The position numbers were made by a program, and so were the translations under genes. DNA of 64,000 bases from Candidatus Omnitrophota bacterium. GTDB lineage: Bacteria > Omnitrophota > Gorgyraeia > Gygaellales > Profunditerraquicolaceae. Every line of letters begins with the position of its first letter. Positions within the stretch are counted from its first letter, which is position 1. The notes beneath the pieces were generated by a model. That model was not told the DNA's origin and searched no databases. It worked only from the letters and a program-made list of their open reading frames with translations. The stretch lies in assembly GCA_043812955.1 (NCBI GenBank), contig JBDRLN010000018.1, forward strand, positions 13,849-77,848. The letters are read 5' to 3'. Positions 18,959-30,900 of this stretch are shown piece after piece.

Positions 18959-19714
18959 TTATTTCTTTCCTGTTTCTGCCTTAATATATTCTTCTACTCT
19001 TACCAGATCCTCAGGCGTATCTACACCAATAGTATCGTACTTAGTTTCCACAACCTTTATCCGGTAGCCTTCTTCCAAAACCCTCAGCTGTTCCAACTTT
19101 TCTATTCTTTCCAAATTTGACGGCGCCAGGTTCTTATATATAAAAAGAAAATCTTTGGTGTAACCGTATAAGCCGATATGTTTATAGTAGCTTGGTGAAT
19201 CGACTTCTGAATTTAGGGCCTTAAAAGGTATGACGGCCCGGGAAAAATAAAGGGCAAAATTATTCATATCTACAACCACCTTGACTATATTCGGGTCGTT
19301 TATAAGCTCCTGATTTTCAATTTTTTTCATCAGCGTAGCCATAGAAATTGATTTATTCCCCAGTAATGCCTGAGCCACGCTGTCGATCATAGTAGGGTGG
19401 ATCAAGGGCTCGTCAGCCTGAATATTTATTATTACCTTTACATCTAAGGGATTAACTACTTCAGCTATCCGGTCACTACCACAGGCATGGTCCTTGGAGG
19501 TCATTACTACCTTGGCCCCGAATTCCCGGGCCTTTTCAGCTACTTTCTCCTCATCGCAGGCAATAATTAAATCATCCAAAAGCCGGGATTTTTTAGCCCT
19601 TTCCCAAACATGCTCTAACATAGACTTGCCGGATATCTCAGCTAAAACCTTCCCTGAAAACCTGGCGGAAGAATATCTTGCCGGTATTACTCCTATTACA
19701 TCCATATTTTCCAT
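18959..19714 (-). CDS. kdsB: 3-deoxy-manno-octulosonate cytidylyltransferase (CMP-Kdo synthetase)
   Basis: 251 aa with VIGVIPARYSSARFSGK and IINIQADEP. Confidence 0.9.
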   Translation of the reverse strand: MENMDVIGVIPARYSSARFSGKVLAEISGKSMLEHVWERAKKSRLLDDLIIACDEEKVAEKAREFGAKVVMTSKDHACGSDRIAEVVNPLDVKVIINIQADEPLIHPTMIDSVAQALLGNKSISMATLMKKIENQELINDPNIVKVVVDMNNFALYFSRAVIPFKALNSEVDSPSYYKHIGLYGYTKDFLFIYKNLAPSNLERIEKLEQLRVLEEGYRIKVVETKYDTIGVDTPEDLVRVEEYIKAETGKK

Positions 19715-19717
19715 TCC

Positions 19718-20731
19718 TTAATTTAGTTTTTGCAATAACTCTTTTCGGTTAGTTACCGCTGTACCCAATTTCCCCACAACTATTCCGGCGGCATAATTAG
19801 CGATATGCGCTGCCTCAACCTTTCCGGCCCCTGAACAAAGGCTTAAAGTAAAAGCGGCAATAACTGTATCTCCGGCTCCAGATACGTCAAACACCTCCTG
19901 AGATATTGTCGGTATATGAATAGTTTTTTTATTCTTTTCAAATAGTTTCATCCCCTGTTCGCCTAAAGTAACTAAAACCGCGTCAAGGTTTAAGTATTTC
20001 ATTATATGCTCAGCCGCCACATCTACATCCTTCATAGTCGACAGCCGGTAAGTGTCCAGCTTGAACCTATTGGTATTATCCTTGATCTTTAAATTTCTGG
20101 CCGCGTTCTCCAACTCTTTGCGATTAGGGGTAATACAGGTAACTCCCTTATAATACTGAAAATGTTCCTCCTTCGGATCGACATTAATAATCTTTTTATG
20201 CTTTTTAGCTAAGCTGATAACCGTTTCCAAGAGCTCCATATTGATTACGCCTTTGCCGTAATCCTCGATAATAATCGCGTCAAACTTACGGATGTTTTTT
20301 TTAATAAAACCGATGATTCCCTGGTTTAACGCCTTAGGCAATGGCTCAACATCTTCCCAGTCGAGCCTTACTACCTGCTGGTGGCCAGAAACAATCCTGG
20401 TCTTTAAAGTAGTGCATCTTTGCGCAGATACAAAAATACCTGCGGCGGAAATCTTTCTTTTCTTTAATTCTGAAAGCAATATTCCGGTATTCTTATCCTT
20501 ACCGATCACTCCGGCCAAACAGACAAATCCGCCCAGGGAACTAATATTATTAGCTACGTTAGCCGCGCCTCCGGGTAGAAATGTGCGTTTTTTAGCCCAG
20601 ACTACCGGTACCGGCGCCTCCGGCGATATCCTCTCCACATCTCCCCAGATAAATTCATCCAGGATCAAGTCGCCGATTACCAGTATATTCGCTTGGCTAA
20701 ATTTATTTACTATCTGCTTAAAATCCTGCAT
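19718..20731 (-). CDS. hldA: D-glycero-beta-D-manno-heptose-7-phosphate kinase (PfkB-family kinase, HldE domain-I type, stand-alone)
   Basis: 337 aa. The N-terminus ILVIGDLILDEFIWGDVERISPEAPVPVV matches the HldE kinase-domain signature, and the C-terminal GAGDT motif is present. Confidence 0.75.
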   Translation of the reverse strand: MQDFKQIVNKFSQANILVIGDLILDEFIWGDVERISPEAPVPVVWAKKRTFLPGGAANVANNISSLGGFVCLAGVIGKDKNTGILLSELKKRKISAAGIFVSAQRCTTLKTRIVSGHQQVVRLDWEDVEPLPKALNQGIIGFIKKNIRKFDAIIIEDYGKGVINMELLETVISLAKKHKKIINVDPKEEHFQYYKGVTCITPNRKELENAARNLKIKDNTNRFKLDTYRLSTMKDVDVAAEHIMKYLNLDAVLVTLGEQGMKLFEKNKKTIHIPTISQEVFDVSGAGDTVIAAFTLSLCSGAGKVEAAHIANYAAGIVVGKLGTAVTNRKELLQKLN

Positions 20732-20805
20732 ATTCTTTTAGCCCCCAATAAGGTTATAGACAACCTTATTAATTTATCACAATTTCAAATTCAAATCAAC
20801 TCTAT

Positions 20806-22605
20806 TTAGTTTTCGGGTTTACGGAAATCCTGGTTGCAATAGAGTTTATGGTATAGCCCCTGCTTTTCCAGGAGTTCGGCGTGCGTTCCTTCCTCGACTA
20901 TCCTTCCTTCGCTTAAAACAAGTATCCGGTGGGCATGCCTAATAGTAGAAAGACGGTGAGCGATGATAAATACCGTACGTCCTTTGATCAGCTTATTTAT
21001 CGCCTCCTGCACTATACGTTCAGCCTCAGTATCTAACTGCGAGGTTGCCTCATCTAATATTAATATCGGAGGGTCTTTAAGAATCGCCCGGGCAATAGCA
21101 ATCCTCTGCCTTTCTCCTCCGGATAATTTCATCCCCCTGTCTCCGATAAATGTTTCATATCTTAAAGGCAGCCGTTTGATAAAATCATGGGCATGGGATT
21201 GCACTGCAGCTAATTCTATTTCTTCATAATTCGCGTCCGGCCGGCCATAAGTGATATTAGTCCTGATGGTATCATTAAACAGAATAGTCTCCTGAGTAAC
21301 AATCCCTATTTGCTGGCGCAGGGATTTCAGGCTGAAATTCTTCGTCTCCTGTCCATCAATTAAAATCCTCCCGCGTAAAGGATCATAAAAACGCGGGATC
21401 AGATCTACCAGGGTAGTCTTGCCGGAACCGCTAGGCCCCACTATAGCCACGACCTGGCCTTTTTTTACCTCCAGGTTAATGTTCTTTAAAATCTCCTGGT
21501 TTCCATGATTAAACCAGACATCTTCAAACAGGATACTGCCTTTAAAATCCTTCAATTCCTGGGTATTCTTCCTATCTAATACCGTCGGAATGGTATCTAA
21601 GACTTCGTAGATGCGGGCATTGGCTGCCATAGCCTGCTGGATTATGGAATTAACCTGGCTCAATTTTTTAAAAGGCCGAATCAAAGAGAGCAATGCTCCC
21701 ATAAACAAACCAAACATGCCGAAAGAAAGTTTTCCGGCAATTACCTCTTTACCCGCCCATAAAAAAACAAAAATACCGGCAAGGACGCCTAAAATCTCGG
21801 TAAACGGCCCTAATAACAGTGTACGCTTAATAGATTTCATTGAGAGTTTATAATAATACTGGTTGGTCTGGCTGAATTTGGCTACCTCGTAACTCTCCAT
21901 ATTAAATGCCTTGATGATTCTGGCGCCCAATATACTCTCATAAAGTATGGAATTAATATCAGCCATGGCCTCCTGGGTCTTACGGGATAACTTTCTTAAT
22001 ACCCTACCTACCTTAATAATAGGAAAACTGATTAAAGGAAGAAGCACCAGGGCAGTCAGGGCCAGCTTCCAATGGATAAAAAATATTAAACAGGTAAAAA
22101 GAACTACCTGCAGAGTCTGGTAAATCAAGTCCGTAGAACCATAAGAAACAGCATTTTCCACTAACTTTACGTCGTTGGTGATCCGGGAAATCAGCTCGCC
22201 TCCGCGCTTCTGGGTAAAATAATCCATGGATAAGGCGTGAAGCTTGGTATAAAGCTTGGCCCGGATATCCCTAACTACTAACTGGCCTATATCAGACATA
22301 AGATAACTCTGCAAAAAACCGAATATCCCCTTAAATACAAACAGGATTATTGTAGCCACGGCCATATAATTAAGCATGGCCAACGGCTGAATACCGTTAA
22401 TAAAACTGATGAAATTGGAAAGGAAGGCTGGTAATTTGGTCGGAATAATGATTTGCTTATTGGTCAGTACTTTATCCGCCATCGGTACTATCATACCCAA
22501 AGAAACGCCATCAAATATAGCAGAAAAAAACATGCATATGCCTGCTATAATGAAAAGCCCGGGATAGGGTTTGACAAATCGCAGCAATTTCAGGTAATCA
22601 CGCAT
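20806..22605 (-). CDS. msbA: lipid A export ABC transporter (fused permease/ATPase)
   Basis: 599 aa with a six-TM ABC exporter domain, Walker A GPSGSGKTT, signature LSGGERQRIAIARA and Walker B ILILDEATS; the LPS cluster context fits. Confidence 0.82.
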   Translation of the reverse strand: MRDYLKLLRFVKPYPGLFIIAGICMFFSAIFDGVSLGMIVPMADKVLTNKQIIIPTKLPAFLSNFISFINGIQPLAMLNYMAVATIILFVFKGIFGFLQSYLMSDIGQLVVRDIRAKLYTKLHALSMDYFTQKRGGELISRITNDVKLVENAVSYGSTDLIYQTLQVVLFTCLIFFIHWKLALTALVLLPLISFPIIKVGRVLRKLSRKTQEAMADINSILYESILGARIIKAFNMESYEVAKFSQTNQYYYKLSMKSIKRTLLLGPFTEILGVLAGIFVFLWAGKEVIAGKLSFGMFGLFMGALLSLIRPFKKLSQVNSIIQQAMAANARIYEVLDTIPTVLDRKNTQELKDFKGSILFEDVWFNHGNQEILKNINLEVKKGQVVAIVGPSGSGKTTLVDLIPRFYDPLRGRILIDGQETKNFSLKSLRQQIGIVTQETILFNDTIRTNITYGRPDANYEEIELAAVQSHAHDFIKRLPLRYETFIGDRGMKLSGGERQRIAIARAILKDPPILILDEATSQLDTEAERIVQEAINKLIKGRTVFIIAHRLSTIRHAHRILVLSEGRIVEEGTHAELLEKQGLYHKLYCNQDFRKPEN

Positions 22606-22697
22606 CAGTTTCTCCTAAGATATATTGCTTTTTTTAGAGAAATATATATTAACACAATAGTTTATTTTTGTCGAGTGTTCTATTTTTAACCCTTCGT

Positions 22698-22730
22698 CCA
22701 CCCCGTAGGTGTCTTACACCTACGGGGTGG
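22698..22730. repeat. Repeat family C hairpin, second perfect copy (CCACCCCGTAGGTG tctta CACCTACGGGGTGG)
   Basis: Identical 33-mer to 13092-13124, sitting in the divergent msbA / comFB-cheR intergenic region. Confidence 0.8.
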
Positions 22731-22787
22731 AGCTGGTTCATAAATATTCTTTTAAATAGTACATATTTATGCTATAATTTTATCCCT

Positions 22788-23888
22788 ATGGCCCAAAGCA
22801 AATTAAGAAACATTACTGAAGAGATGATCCGGGAGCGCTTAAATAAAGCCCTGGCTATCCATTATGATATCTGCAGCTGCATAACCTGCGAAACCGATAT
22901 GCTTGCCTATATCCTTTCCCGGGTCCCGGCCAATTACTCAACCACTGAAAAAGGCGCAATCCATACCCTGGCTGAAAAAAACAACCAAGAAGAAGAAAGT
23001 TTAATTAACCACCTGATCTTTTCCGCCATAGATATCGTAAGTAAGAAACCTACGCATGAATTAAAGGAAGACCATCAGGCACTACTTAAATTAATGCTCA
23101 AGAAGATATTCCATGAAAGAGGCGTAGATTTCCGCAATTACCACCAGGAGATCTTAAAAAGAAGGCTGGCACTGAGGATCCGCGCCAACGGCTTAAAATC
23201 ATATTCCGAATATATGAACTTCCTCTTCAGCAATCCCAAAGAATACGATAAGCTATTTGAAACATTATGCATAAATGTTTCCGAATTTTTCCGGGATAGC
23301 AGTATCTGGATAACCGTAAAAGCCCTTTTGGAAAACCTGGTCCGCTTAAAAAATAAAAACAACGAAAAGAGTATAAAAATCTGGTCAGCCGGATGCGCCT
23401 GCGGAGAAGAGCCTTATACCATTGCCATCATTTTAAAAGAGCTGTTAAATGACGATCTGAATAAATTCGACTTAGATATCTACGGCACGGACATTGATAA
23501 AGAAGCCCTGGAGGCCGCAGAGGAGACGGTATATCCAAAAGCAAGCGTTAAAAATTTAACCCCTCGGATCGCCGAAAAATACTTCCTGGCTATCGGCGGG
23601 AATTATAAATTAAGGAGTCAAATAAGGGATATGGTTAAATTATGCTATCTGGACCTGACTTCTTTTGATCTCATTGAAAATGTTGATGTGATATTTTGCC
23701 GGAATGTTTTTATTTATTTTAATCTTCGTCTTCAAAAAGAACTGGTCACTAAATTCCACAGGTCCCTGAAATCCGGCGGCTATATAGTTATGGGAAAGGT
23801 CGAAACTATTTTAAGAGATTCCGAAGAATTGTTTCAAGAGGTAGATGCCGGGGCTAATATTTTCCAAAAAAAAATAACCAGTAAATGA
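22788..23888 (+). CDS. ComFB-like N-terminal domain fused to a CheR-type SAM-dependent methyltransferase
   Basis: The ORF track starts at 22668, but its N-terminal stretch overlaps the family C hairpin. The ATG at 22788 gives MAQSKL.... The N-terminus HYDICSCITCETDMLAYILSRVPANY resembles the ComFB cysteine motif. The C-terminal ~270 aa is CheR-like (KIWSAGCACGEEPYTIAI, VIFCRNVFIYF). A TATAAT box lies 11 nt before the ATG, so the transcript may be leaderless. Confidence 0.7.
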   Translation: MAQSKLRNITEEMIRERLNKALAIHYDICSCITCETDMLAYILSRVPANYSTTEKGAIHTLAEKNNQEEESLINHLIFSAIDIVSKKPTHELKEDHQALLKLMLKKIFHERGVDFRNYHQEILKRRLALRIRANGLKSYSEYMNFLFSNPKEYDKLFETLCINVSEFFRDSSIWITVKALLENLVRLKNKNNEKSIKIWSAGCACGEEPYTIAIILKELLNDDLNKFDLDIYGTDIDKEALEAAEETVYPKASVKNLTPRIAEKYFLAIGGNYKLRSQIRDMVKLCYLDLTSFDLIENVDVIFCRNVFIYFNLRLQKELVTKFHRSLKSGGYIVMGKVETILRDSEELFQEVDAGANIFQKKITSK

Positions 23889-23889
23889 T

Positions 23890-24165
23890 CTAAAGCGGGA
23901 TCGTGCTTACTTTATTGAATTTAACTCCAATTTCCCTTCCTTTAACCCAAACTATTTCTCCGCAGACATAAAAATGCCCTAATCCAGGCAGGATCTGAAA
24001 TTGGCCAAATATAGAACTACCCGGCTGCAATCCAGCATCTAAAACCACCTTCATCCCACCGGCGGAGATATTTAAAACTATACATTTTTCTACCTTACCG
24101 TCGCCTTTATGGTAAAACGCGCCGTCTTTTTTATCTACCCGGTTAAATTTACGCTTCTCTTTCAT
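23890..24165 (-). CDS. PilZ-domain protein (c-di-GMP receptor-like)
   Basis: 91 aa with RKFNRV (RxxxR) and LNISAGGMKV (D/NxSxxG) motifs. Confidence 0.7.
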   Translation of the reverse strand: MKEKRKFNRVDKKDGAFYHKGDGKVEKCIVLNISAGGMKVVLDAGLQPGSSIFGQFQILPGLGHFYVCGEIVWVKGREIGVKFNKVSTIPL

Positions 24166-24176
24166 TTCCCCTTCCC

Positions 24177-24887
24177 TTAACCTTTGAAATTCCTGGCCAG
24201 GCTCATTAGATCCGCCCGCTCCAGGTTAATTCCGCAGCGAAAACCAGAGGCGCCGGATCCTTCTGACCAGACTACCTCACCCCGGGTATAAAGAGGCTCT
24301 AGTCTATCCGGAATATTCAGCCACATCTCTAACGAAGTATTGGGTAATAATTTTTCTTGAGTAACCAAACCCATCCCCTTGGAACTTATATCTACTGATT
24401 TAGCCAGGCCTTCCCGGTCAGCGCTGGACTCAAGAAACCTAAGAGGCAGCTCCATAGGAAAACGCGCGAATATTCTTTTATCCTCAAAATTCTGGCTCTG
24501 CAGCATAACCTCTTCTCCTGTTTTAAGGCCTTCCCACCAACGCTTGTTTACCTCTTGGGGTGCGGATTTAAAAACGTATTTAAAAAGCTTATCTTTATCG
24601 CTATCCTTGATCTTGATAAAATAAAACCCGTAGTAGTTCCTGCTGTCTATAACCCTATGCCAGACCACCCAGGTTTCTATATCCAGGGTAAAATCATCGG
24701 CCAGCAAAATATTTAAATTCAGAAATTGGTCCTTTTCAATAACCTTAGGCCCCAGAGACAGTTGCAATCCTTTGAAATTAACATCGATCAGACGGCCATC
24801 GACAAAATCACCCTCACCTGCCAATTTTATTTTTATTGGGCGGCTGATCAGCCATCTGGTAATCTTGCGCTGCTCTTTAGTATCCAA
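24177..24887 (-). CDS. tandem PilZ-domain protein
   Basis: 236 aa with two RxxxR ... DxSxxG-type units (RKITRW...DVNFKGLQL; KRIFARF...VDISSKGMGL). It apparently starts with TTG, preceded by an AGGAG. It lies 71 nt downstream of the giant-gene stop on the same strand. Confidence 0.65.
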   Translation of the reverse strand: MDTKEQRKITRWLISRPIKIKLAGEGDFVDGRLIDVNFKGLQLSLGPKVIEKDQFLNLNILLADDFTLDIETWVVWHRVIDSRNYYGFYFIKIKDSDKDKLFKYVFKSAPQEVNKRWWEGLKTGEEVMLQSQNFEDKRIFARFPMELPLRFLESSADREGLAKSVDISSKGMGLVTQEKLLPNTSLEMWLNIPDRLEPLYTRGEVVWSEGSGASGFRCGINLERADLMSLARNFKG

Positions 24888-24957
24888 GGGCTTACTCCTA
24901 TTATATTAAAAATTTCTTATAATGCAACCAATTTATTGCTATAATTTAGCGCCATAG

Positions 24958-27900
24958 CTACGGCCTAATAGCAATAAATCTCATCCCTCCATAATAAAAA
25001 GTATTATACATATCATTAATCGCCTCGATTACCCCTATTTCTTTGAGGCTTTCTACATCAATCGGTTTAATATCAAGCCGGGGGTTAACACTTTTTAACT
25101 GTTCAAAATCAAACCTGCGGCCTTCATTTTTAACCAAAGCCAAAGCTATTGTTTTATATAAAATCCGGAAATTATTACTAATGGGTATCTTATTATAATT
25201 ATTTCTGCTAATTACCTTTGTTTTAAGCGATAATTCCTCCATAGCCAAATGATTAATTCCGTCGACATAACTCTTATCAACCATATCAGCCATCATAATA
25301 TCGTTTTCCGCCTCCTCAAATAACAGATTGAGTTGTGCCGCGTCTTCCTGGCTGAGGGCTTTACCTAAAATCCATCTTAATTCTACTTTAAACAATAATT
25401 CTTCAACCGATAACAAGGCCAGACTAGCTTTAAGATGAAACCCCCGGGCAAAATACCTGCTGGCATAAGAATCACTCTGCATTATCTCGGCAGTATATTC
25501 CGGAGTAAGCGCTAAGTTTATTTTTTCCTTAGCCTCGGAATATTTACCCTGTCGATTTAAGGCATCGGCTAAAATTATATGGCTTAAAACCAGCCAATCC
25601 TGTCTTTTATGATTCACCAACCATCTCTTAAACTTTAATAGTTCTTTTGCGTTATTTTCTATCTCCTGATTTAAATATACGCCTCCTACGTAGAACTTAT
25701 TTTTAGTCGACATTTTATCCAGATATTGGATTTTTTCAAAAATATACCTGGTCCGATTATCAGCGCCCTTAGACAAGCGGACTGCTTCATCAAAATCCGC
25801 TAGACACTCTTTAAGATTGCTTTTATCAAAATTAAGTATGGCCCGGATATAATAAGCTACCGGAGAAAAAAAATTCGGCGTATTGATAATCTCTTCGAGT
25901 TTATCAAAAGCCTCTTTAGTAAATCCTCTTTTTTTCTCGGCCAGTTTAAGATAAAAATCTTTCATTTTTATATCCTGCGGGTCATATTTAAATAGCTCGC
26001 CCAATAATCCTAATGCCAACGGATAATTCTTCGGTTCTCCTGATATAAGTTTTGAATTAATGATCCGGTATAATTTTTCCTTGTGCTTGTCAACAACCGG
26101 CGACGACGAGGGACACCCTTTCAGCCAATCGAGGGACACCCTTTCAGACAATCGGGATGATGTCCCCTGCTGTTTTACATCCAATACCATAGCCACCAAC
26201 GCTCCCATTCCTTGCCACGCTGGCAAACCTAATCGGGACACGCTGTCCGAGCCAAAGCGGACACTGTGTCCTAGAGCGGCCGGCGAGCTAGAACAAATAT
26301 TAGCTACTTCTGCAAGAAACCTTAATGTTTTTCTAAACATAATCTTGCCCACTCTATCCTTGCACCAAAGCGCCTTGCCAATATCCAAAGCCAAGGGATT
26401 ACAATCAAGCTTCCTTCTCTTTACATTAGAAAACCAGTCCTTCTGTAATTTGGCATAGTCAGACCCGGTAAATTCAATTTTCCCCATGAGCTTGACATTA
26501 ATAGTATTTAAGTCAAACTGTTCATCTTTGCTATTAAATACGTGGCCGTGGCGCCACATAGTTTCATCAAAGTATGTCCTGATAAACAAAATAACAGGCA
26601 AGTGTTTAAGGTCTTCTTCTGCGGCATCAAATTTATTTTTAATTTTCTTCATGCCTAATAGGAAAACCTCAAGTATCATCTCCTCTAAGAACTTCTTAAT
26701 ATTATTTTCTTCTATTCTGTTGCTTATAATATAAACATTGCCGTAAAATTGCTTAGAGTCGCTTTCCATTATTGAATTAAATAATGACTGCGGCATGCCG
26801 TGAATACCTATATCAGGCAATCTTTCAATTAATTTTTTTACCTGGATTTGATCTTGCCGTAGATTATTTTTAACAGCCGGCGAGCTTCCAACGCAAAGCG
26901 TATCGCCTGCCTGCCGATCAGGCAGTAATCCGTCACTTCTTCTGGCGGAAGACTGCGCCACCGGCAAGGCGGCCGGCGAGCTGGAGCGAAACGTACCCCG
27001 CGACGAGGTAGTTCCGTTTAATCCCGTATTATTTAAAGCCGCAAAGGGAAAGGTATATTCTTCTTCTATTTTCACCTCAAAATCCGCCAACCTCTCCTGC
27101 GCTTCTATAACGCATCCTATCCTGGAATTACTCTCATCCAGATCAACCATCTCTCCGACTAAAATTATCCTTTTCACTCCCAGTTCAAACTTTAATATCC
27201 ATCGTAACCTATCCCAATTTGTAGATAAGCCAACCGGGCAAGCCATCCCTTCCAATTCCACGGGCTCCAAATCATCTAAATAAGTATTAATTAAAATCCC
27301 GTATAAATTATATTTTCTAAATAATTTACCTGCCTCTGTCAATAAATCCATCTTTGGCTTTAACCTGATTGTACTTTTAATATAACGCTGGTCTCCTATC
27401 CCGGCGAATATGGGCCCAGGATAAGACCGGACACGATCGGATAACCTATGAATAAAACTCCGATAACCTCTAACGGCATTCCCTCTTATTGCTTTCCGCA
27501 GTATCAAGGGGACTCTCTTAAAATTCCTGCTGATATAATCATCTAACACATTTTCAAAAAATAACGGGTGGCTCCATAATATAATCTCGTGATTATTCCG
27601 CGAAATACTCCGCCGTAATTCCTCTGAGGCTAAAACTGTGGATATCGGGATAAGCCTTTGACCATTGCCTGCAGGCGGACTGGAAGGTTTAGGCCCTAAC
27701 CTATTGACGCTCCGATCAGCTACAAATTTGGAGGCAAACCCCAATAAAACCCTACCTAACCTAAGGAATTTAACCGGCGAGCTTCCTTTCGGCACTGGCG
27801 AGGCGGAGGTTTTTTGGACTAAGGGAACAGCTGTGCCTGCAGATTTACCCAGCTGATAAATATATCTAAAAGCCTCATCTGGATTGTCACAAGAACTTAA

Positions 27901-30900
27901 AAGCGCTAGATAGCCAAGGGCATCGGCATAATCATATACCCACGCATTGAACCTCTCAGTTAGAATTTGAGGAATTATATAATCGCCAGGCCCAAGCCCC
28001 TTAAATACTTCGTCCAGTTCGCTTAACGTATCTACTCCTCTTGATTTAAATCTCGGGTATTCATTAATAGTAATTATTTTTCTTAAAATGGCCTCTTTCT
28101 GCCGAAAATTAAGCTTAGGCTTAATATGTATTACATCCACCAAGTGCCAATAGGCAGCCCCTGCATAGCTAAATTTATACCCTTTAATTTTGTAAAAAAT
28201 CGTATTGGCATAAGCATGGGCTAACAAAGGATGGTCGGGCAATTCTAGAAGATGGGCCATTTCGTGCGCCATATACCAATAAAAAGCGGTTAATCCTTCG
28301 ACATTATCCTTAGGTATAATTATTCTGCCTTTAATTGTTACCCCCATAGAGGGAGACACAGGGAAGAGAAATTTGTTTATATGCCAGACTCCCGCAATAA
28401 TAACACTCAAACCTAAAATGAATTTACCAAAACCCCTTCTGGATAATATTTCTTGAGGGGTTGTTGCCTTTGCCCCAAAGTATAAAGCCAAACCCGATAC
28501 CCCTAAAAATCTTGCCTCTTGAAGTTTCTCTTGACCTTTTTCAGAAAATCTCGGGTGGTCGAGCGACCGAATAACTTCCTGACAAATTTCTTCTTCCGAG
28601 AATTCCTTAATCGGAAACCCGACAAACCTAGAAGCCTCTTTATATGCATCATATACATCTAATACTACTGGTTTTAGTTCTGGTTTAATTTCATCCCCTT
28701 TACTAAATAGAAAAACTCCGTCATAGAAAAGTTCTTTAAGTAGGTCTAGATAGGCGAATATCATCCCATATATTTTTAAACTTTTTAAGAACCCCCGCCT
28801 ACTTTGTATACCCTCTATAGAACCCTCTGCTGCAGAAGAAGATACAGAACAAATACCTTTATCGGATTTGCCTGATAACCTATTATTTGGCAATGGTTTA
28901 GATAGAGCGTCTCTAGAATCTCTTACTGCCGGCGAGACAAAGGCCGGGCTGGAAGATGTTTTATCCATTGATATGCCTAATATATTTTCTATAAAACTTT
29001 CCGGCCAGCTGAAATACAATTTAAAATCTATATTGTTGCCTTCTTTAGCTGTAAACATAAACTCAGGGACCCAAGAACCATCTTTCCTCAAATACCCTTT
29101 TGTCCTGGCGGGGTTAATTTCAAGCAGTGCAGAGTGGCCGCGAAATGACAGGGCAAAGCGCGCTAATTTAAATTCTCTCCCCAGCCGCGCTTCTAATTGA
29201 GTTATTGAAGGTAAATACCCGGAAGAAACAATCAGAATGGTTGCTTCTTGCGGGCTTATATTATTATTTTTTAATTTGGATTTCAGACTCCGGATAAAAT
29301 AATCCAGATCTGCGTCTTTGTTCTCCCTGTACTTTAGGTAAACCTGCGCCAAGGCAGCAATTTTTCTGTCTTTAGCAATAATGAGGTAGGCGTCTTTACT
29401 ATTTAAAACATTGGAGACAAAAGTTTTATTATCGTTGCCTATGCCGCGAAACTGGTTGCCGGAGCTAAAATTGTCTATAGAAGAGGTAAATAAAATTACT
29501 ATCGCTGCTGCTATTAAAGAAGGATATTGTAGACGCTTTACGTAATCTATTACTGGAGAAGATGTTGCAGAATAAATACTTCGAACTGAACCTGTTGGCC
29601 CGGCCTTATTCAACCCTCTTTTGGCGATATAATTTAAAAATAGTGAGCTGGACTTATTAGTTATTATTTGATAGTTCATAGTTAATAGAGAAGCATCTCC
29701 CATTAAACTACCAACTACTAACTGCGTACTATGAACTAAACTAGCCGGAGAACTGGTAGTTGGTACGGCCAGATAGACGAATTCAAAATCCGACTTTCTT
29801 TTGCCGCTAGAAGTAGTAAGCAGGGCTTTGGTGATTGATTCTAAACTAAGGCTGCTTCCATAAAGATGGTAACCAACCCCTATCTTAAATCTCTCTTCCA
29901 TGATGCCGAAATGTTCAAACAAAGCTGGACGCTGCGGCAAATAAACATAGTATTCATTTACTGAATGCCCTAATGCCTTTCTTAGCATGCTATAAATAAG
30001 AAAAGAGCCTAACCCTATTCCCCGGTAACACTCTTCCTCTACCTGAAAATAATACCTTTGCTCTGTTCCCATCTTCAGCTTACCTTTGCGGATATGAAAT
30101 AAATTATATCCTACCCACGCTTCATTAAAATCAGCTTGATCAACTTTGAGAATTAAATGATAAAATTGCTCGTCACTAAAAAATTTGACAAAATTCCGAT
30201 TTTCCCTTATTGCAAATATTCCCTTCTTATTCTTTACACCTCCGATGAGTTCGCCATCCATTGTCTTAAAGGGCAACTGTCTTAGTACCATCTCTAATAA
30301 ATTTTGGGCGTCTATATTTTTACCCGACGCCGGTGAGGCGGCGGTATATTTAGCGTTTAGCGAATAACGGTTAGCAGATAGATCAAATAGACTACTATAC
30401 ACTCTACGCTCCATGCTATCCGCTGCTTTTTCCACCGGTGAGGCGGCAACCTTTTGAATAATCCTAACTGGCACACACCCTGCGGTAAAGGAAGTCCCAT
30501 CAACAAAAGATTTATTAATCTCACTCGTGCACAAGGACAAGATGTAGTTTACTTTTTTATATTCCCGCTTCATTAATACATCCTTAAATCCTTGCTGCTT
30601 TAATAAAAAATTAACAATCCAAAAATCGTGTTTTGAGGCAATAATAATAAAACCGTTCTTATGCAATAATTCTTTAATAATTTTTTGAATCAAGTTCAAT
30701 ATGGCTTTATCCGCTCCGCCCTTGACATAAGGAACTATGTTCGCGTATAAACCCTTGCTCCAAACAGTCAATCCTTTTACAAATAATACATCTATGCCGC
30801 CCGCCTGTTTTATTTGAGGAAAATATGATTCCGTCTTAAAATTATTCGCGACTATCGTAGTTAGATTTTTTGTCTTCTCTTTAAAAAATACCGGTAAGTT

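Noticed and set aside
22453-22689. ORF 22453..22689 (+) and the first 40 codons of ORF 22668..23888
   Set aside because: They overlap the msbA 5' end and the family C hairpin, and the translation is low-complexity (MSSVLFLTLRPPRRCLTPTGWSW...). The ATG at 22788 with a TATAAT just upstream gives a sensible ComFB-CheR N-terminus.
24888-24957. Sigma70-like promoter (TTGCAT-16 nt-TATAAT on the minus strand, -10 at 24904..24899) for the PilZ gene
   Set aside because: The -10 element abuts the only plausible Shine-Dalgarno sequence and the TTG start, leaving no room for a 5' UTR. It may be chance AT-rich sequence, and the PilZ genes may instead be co-transcribed with the giant gene.
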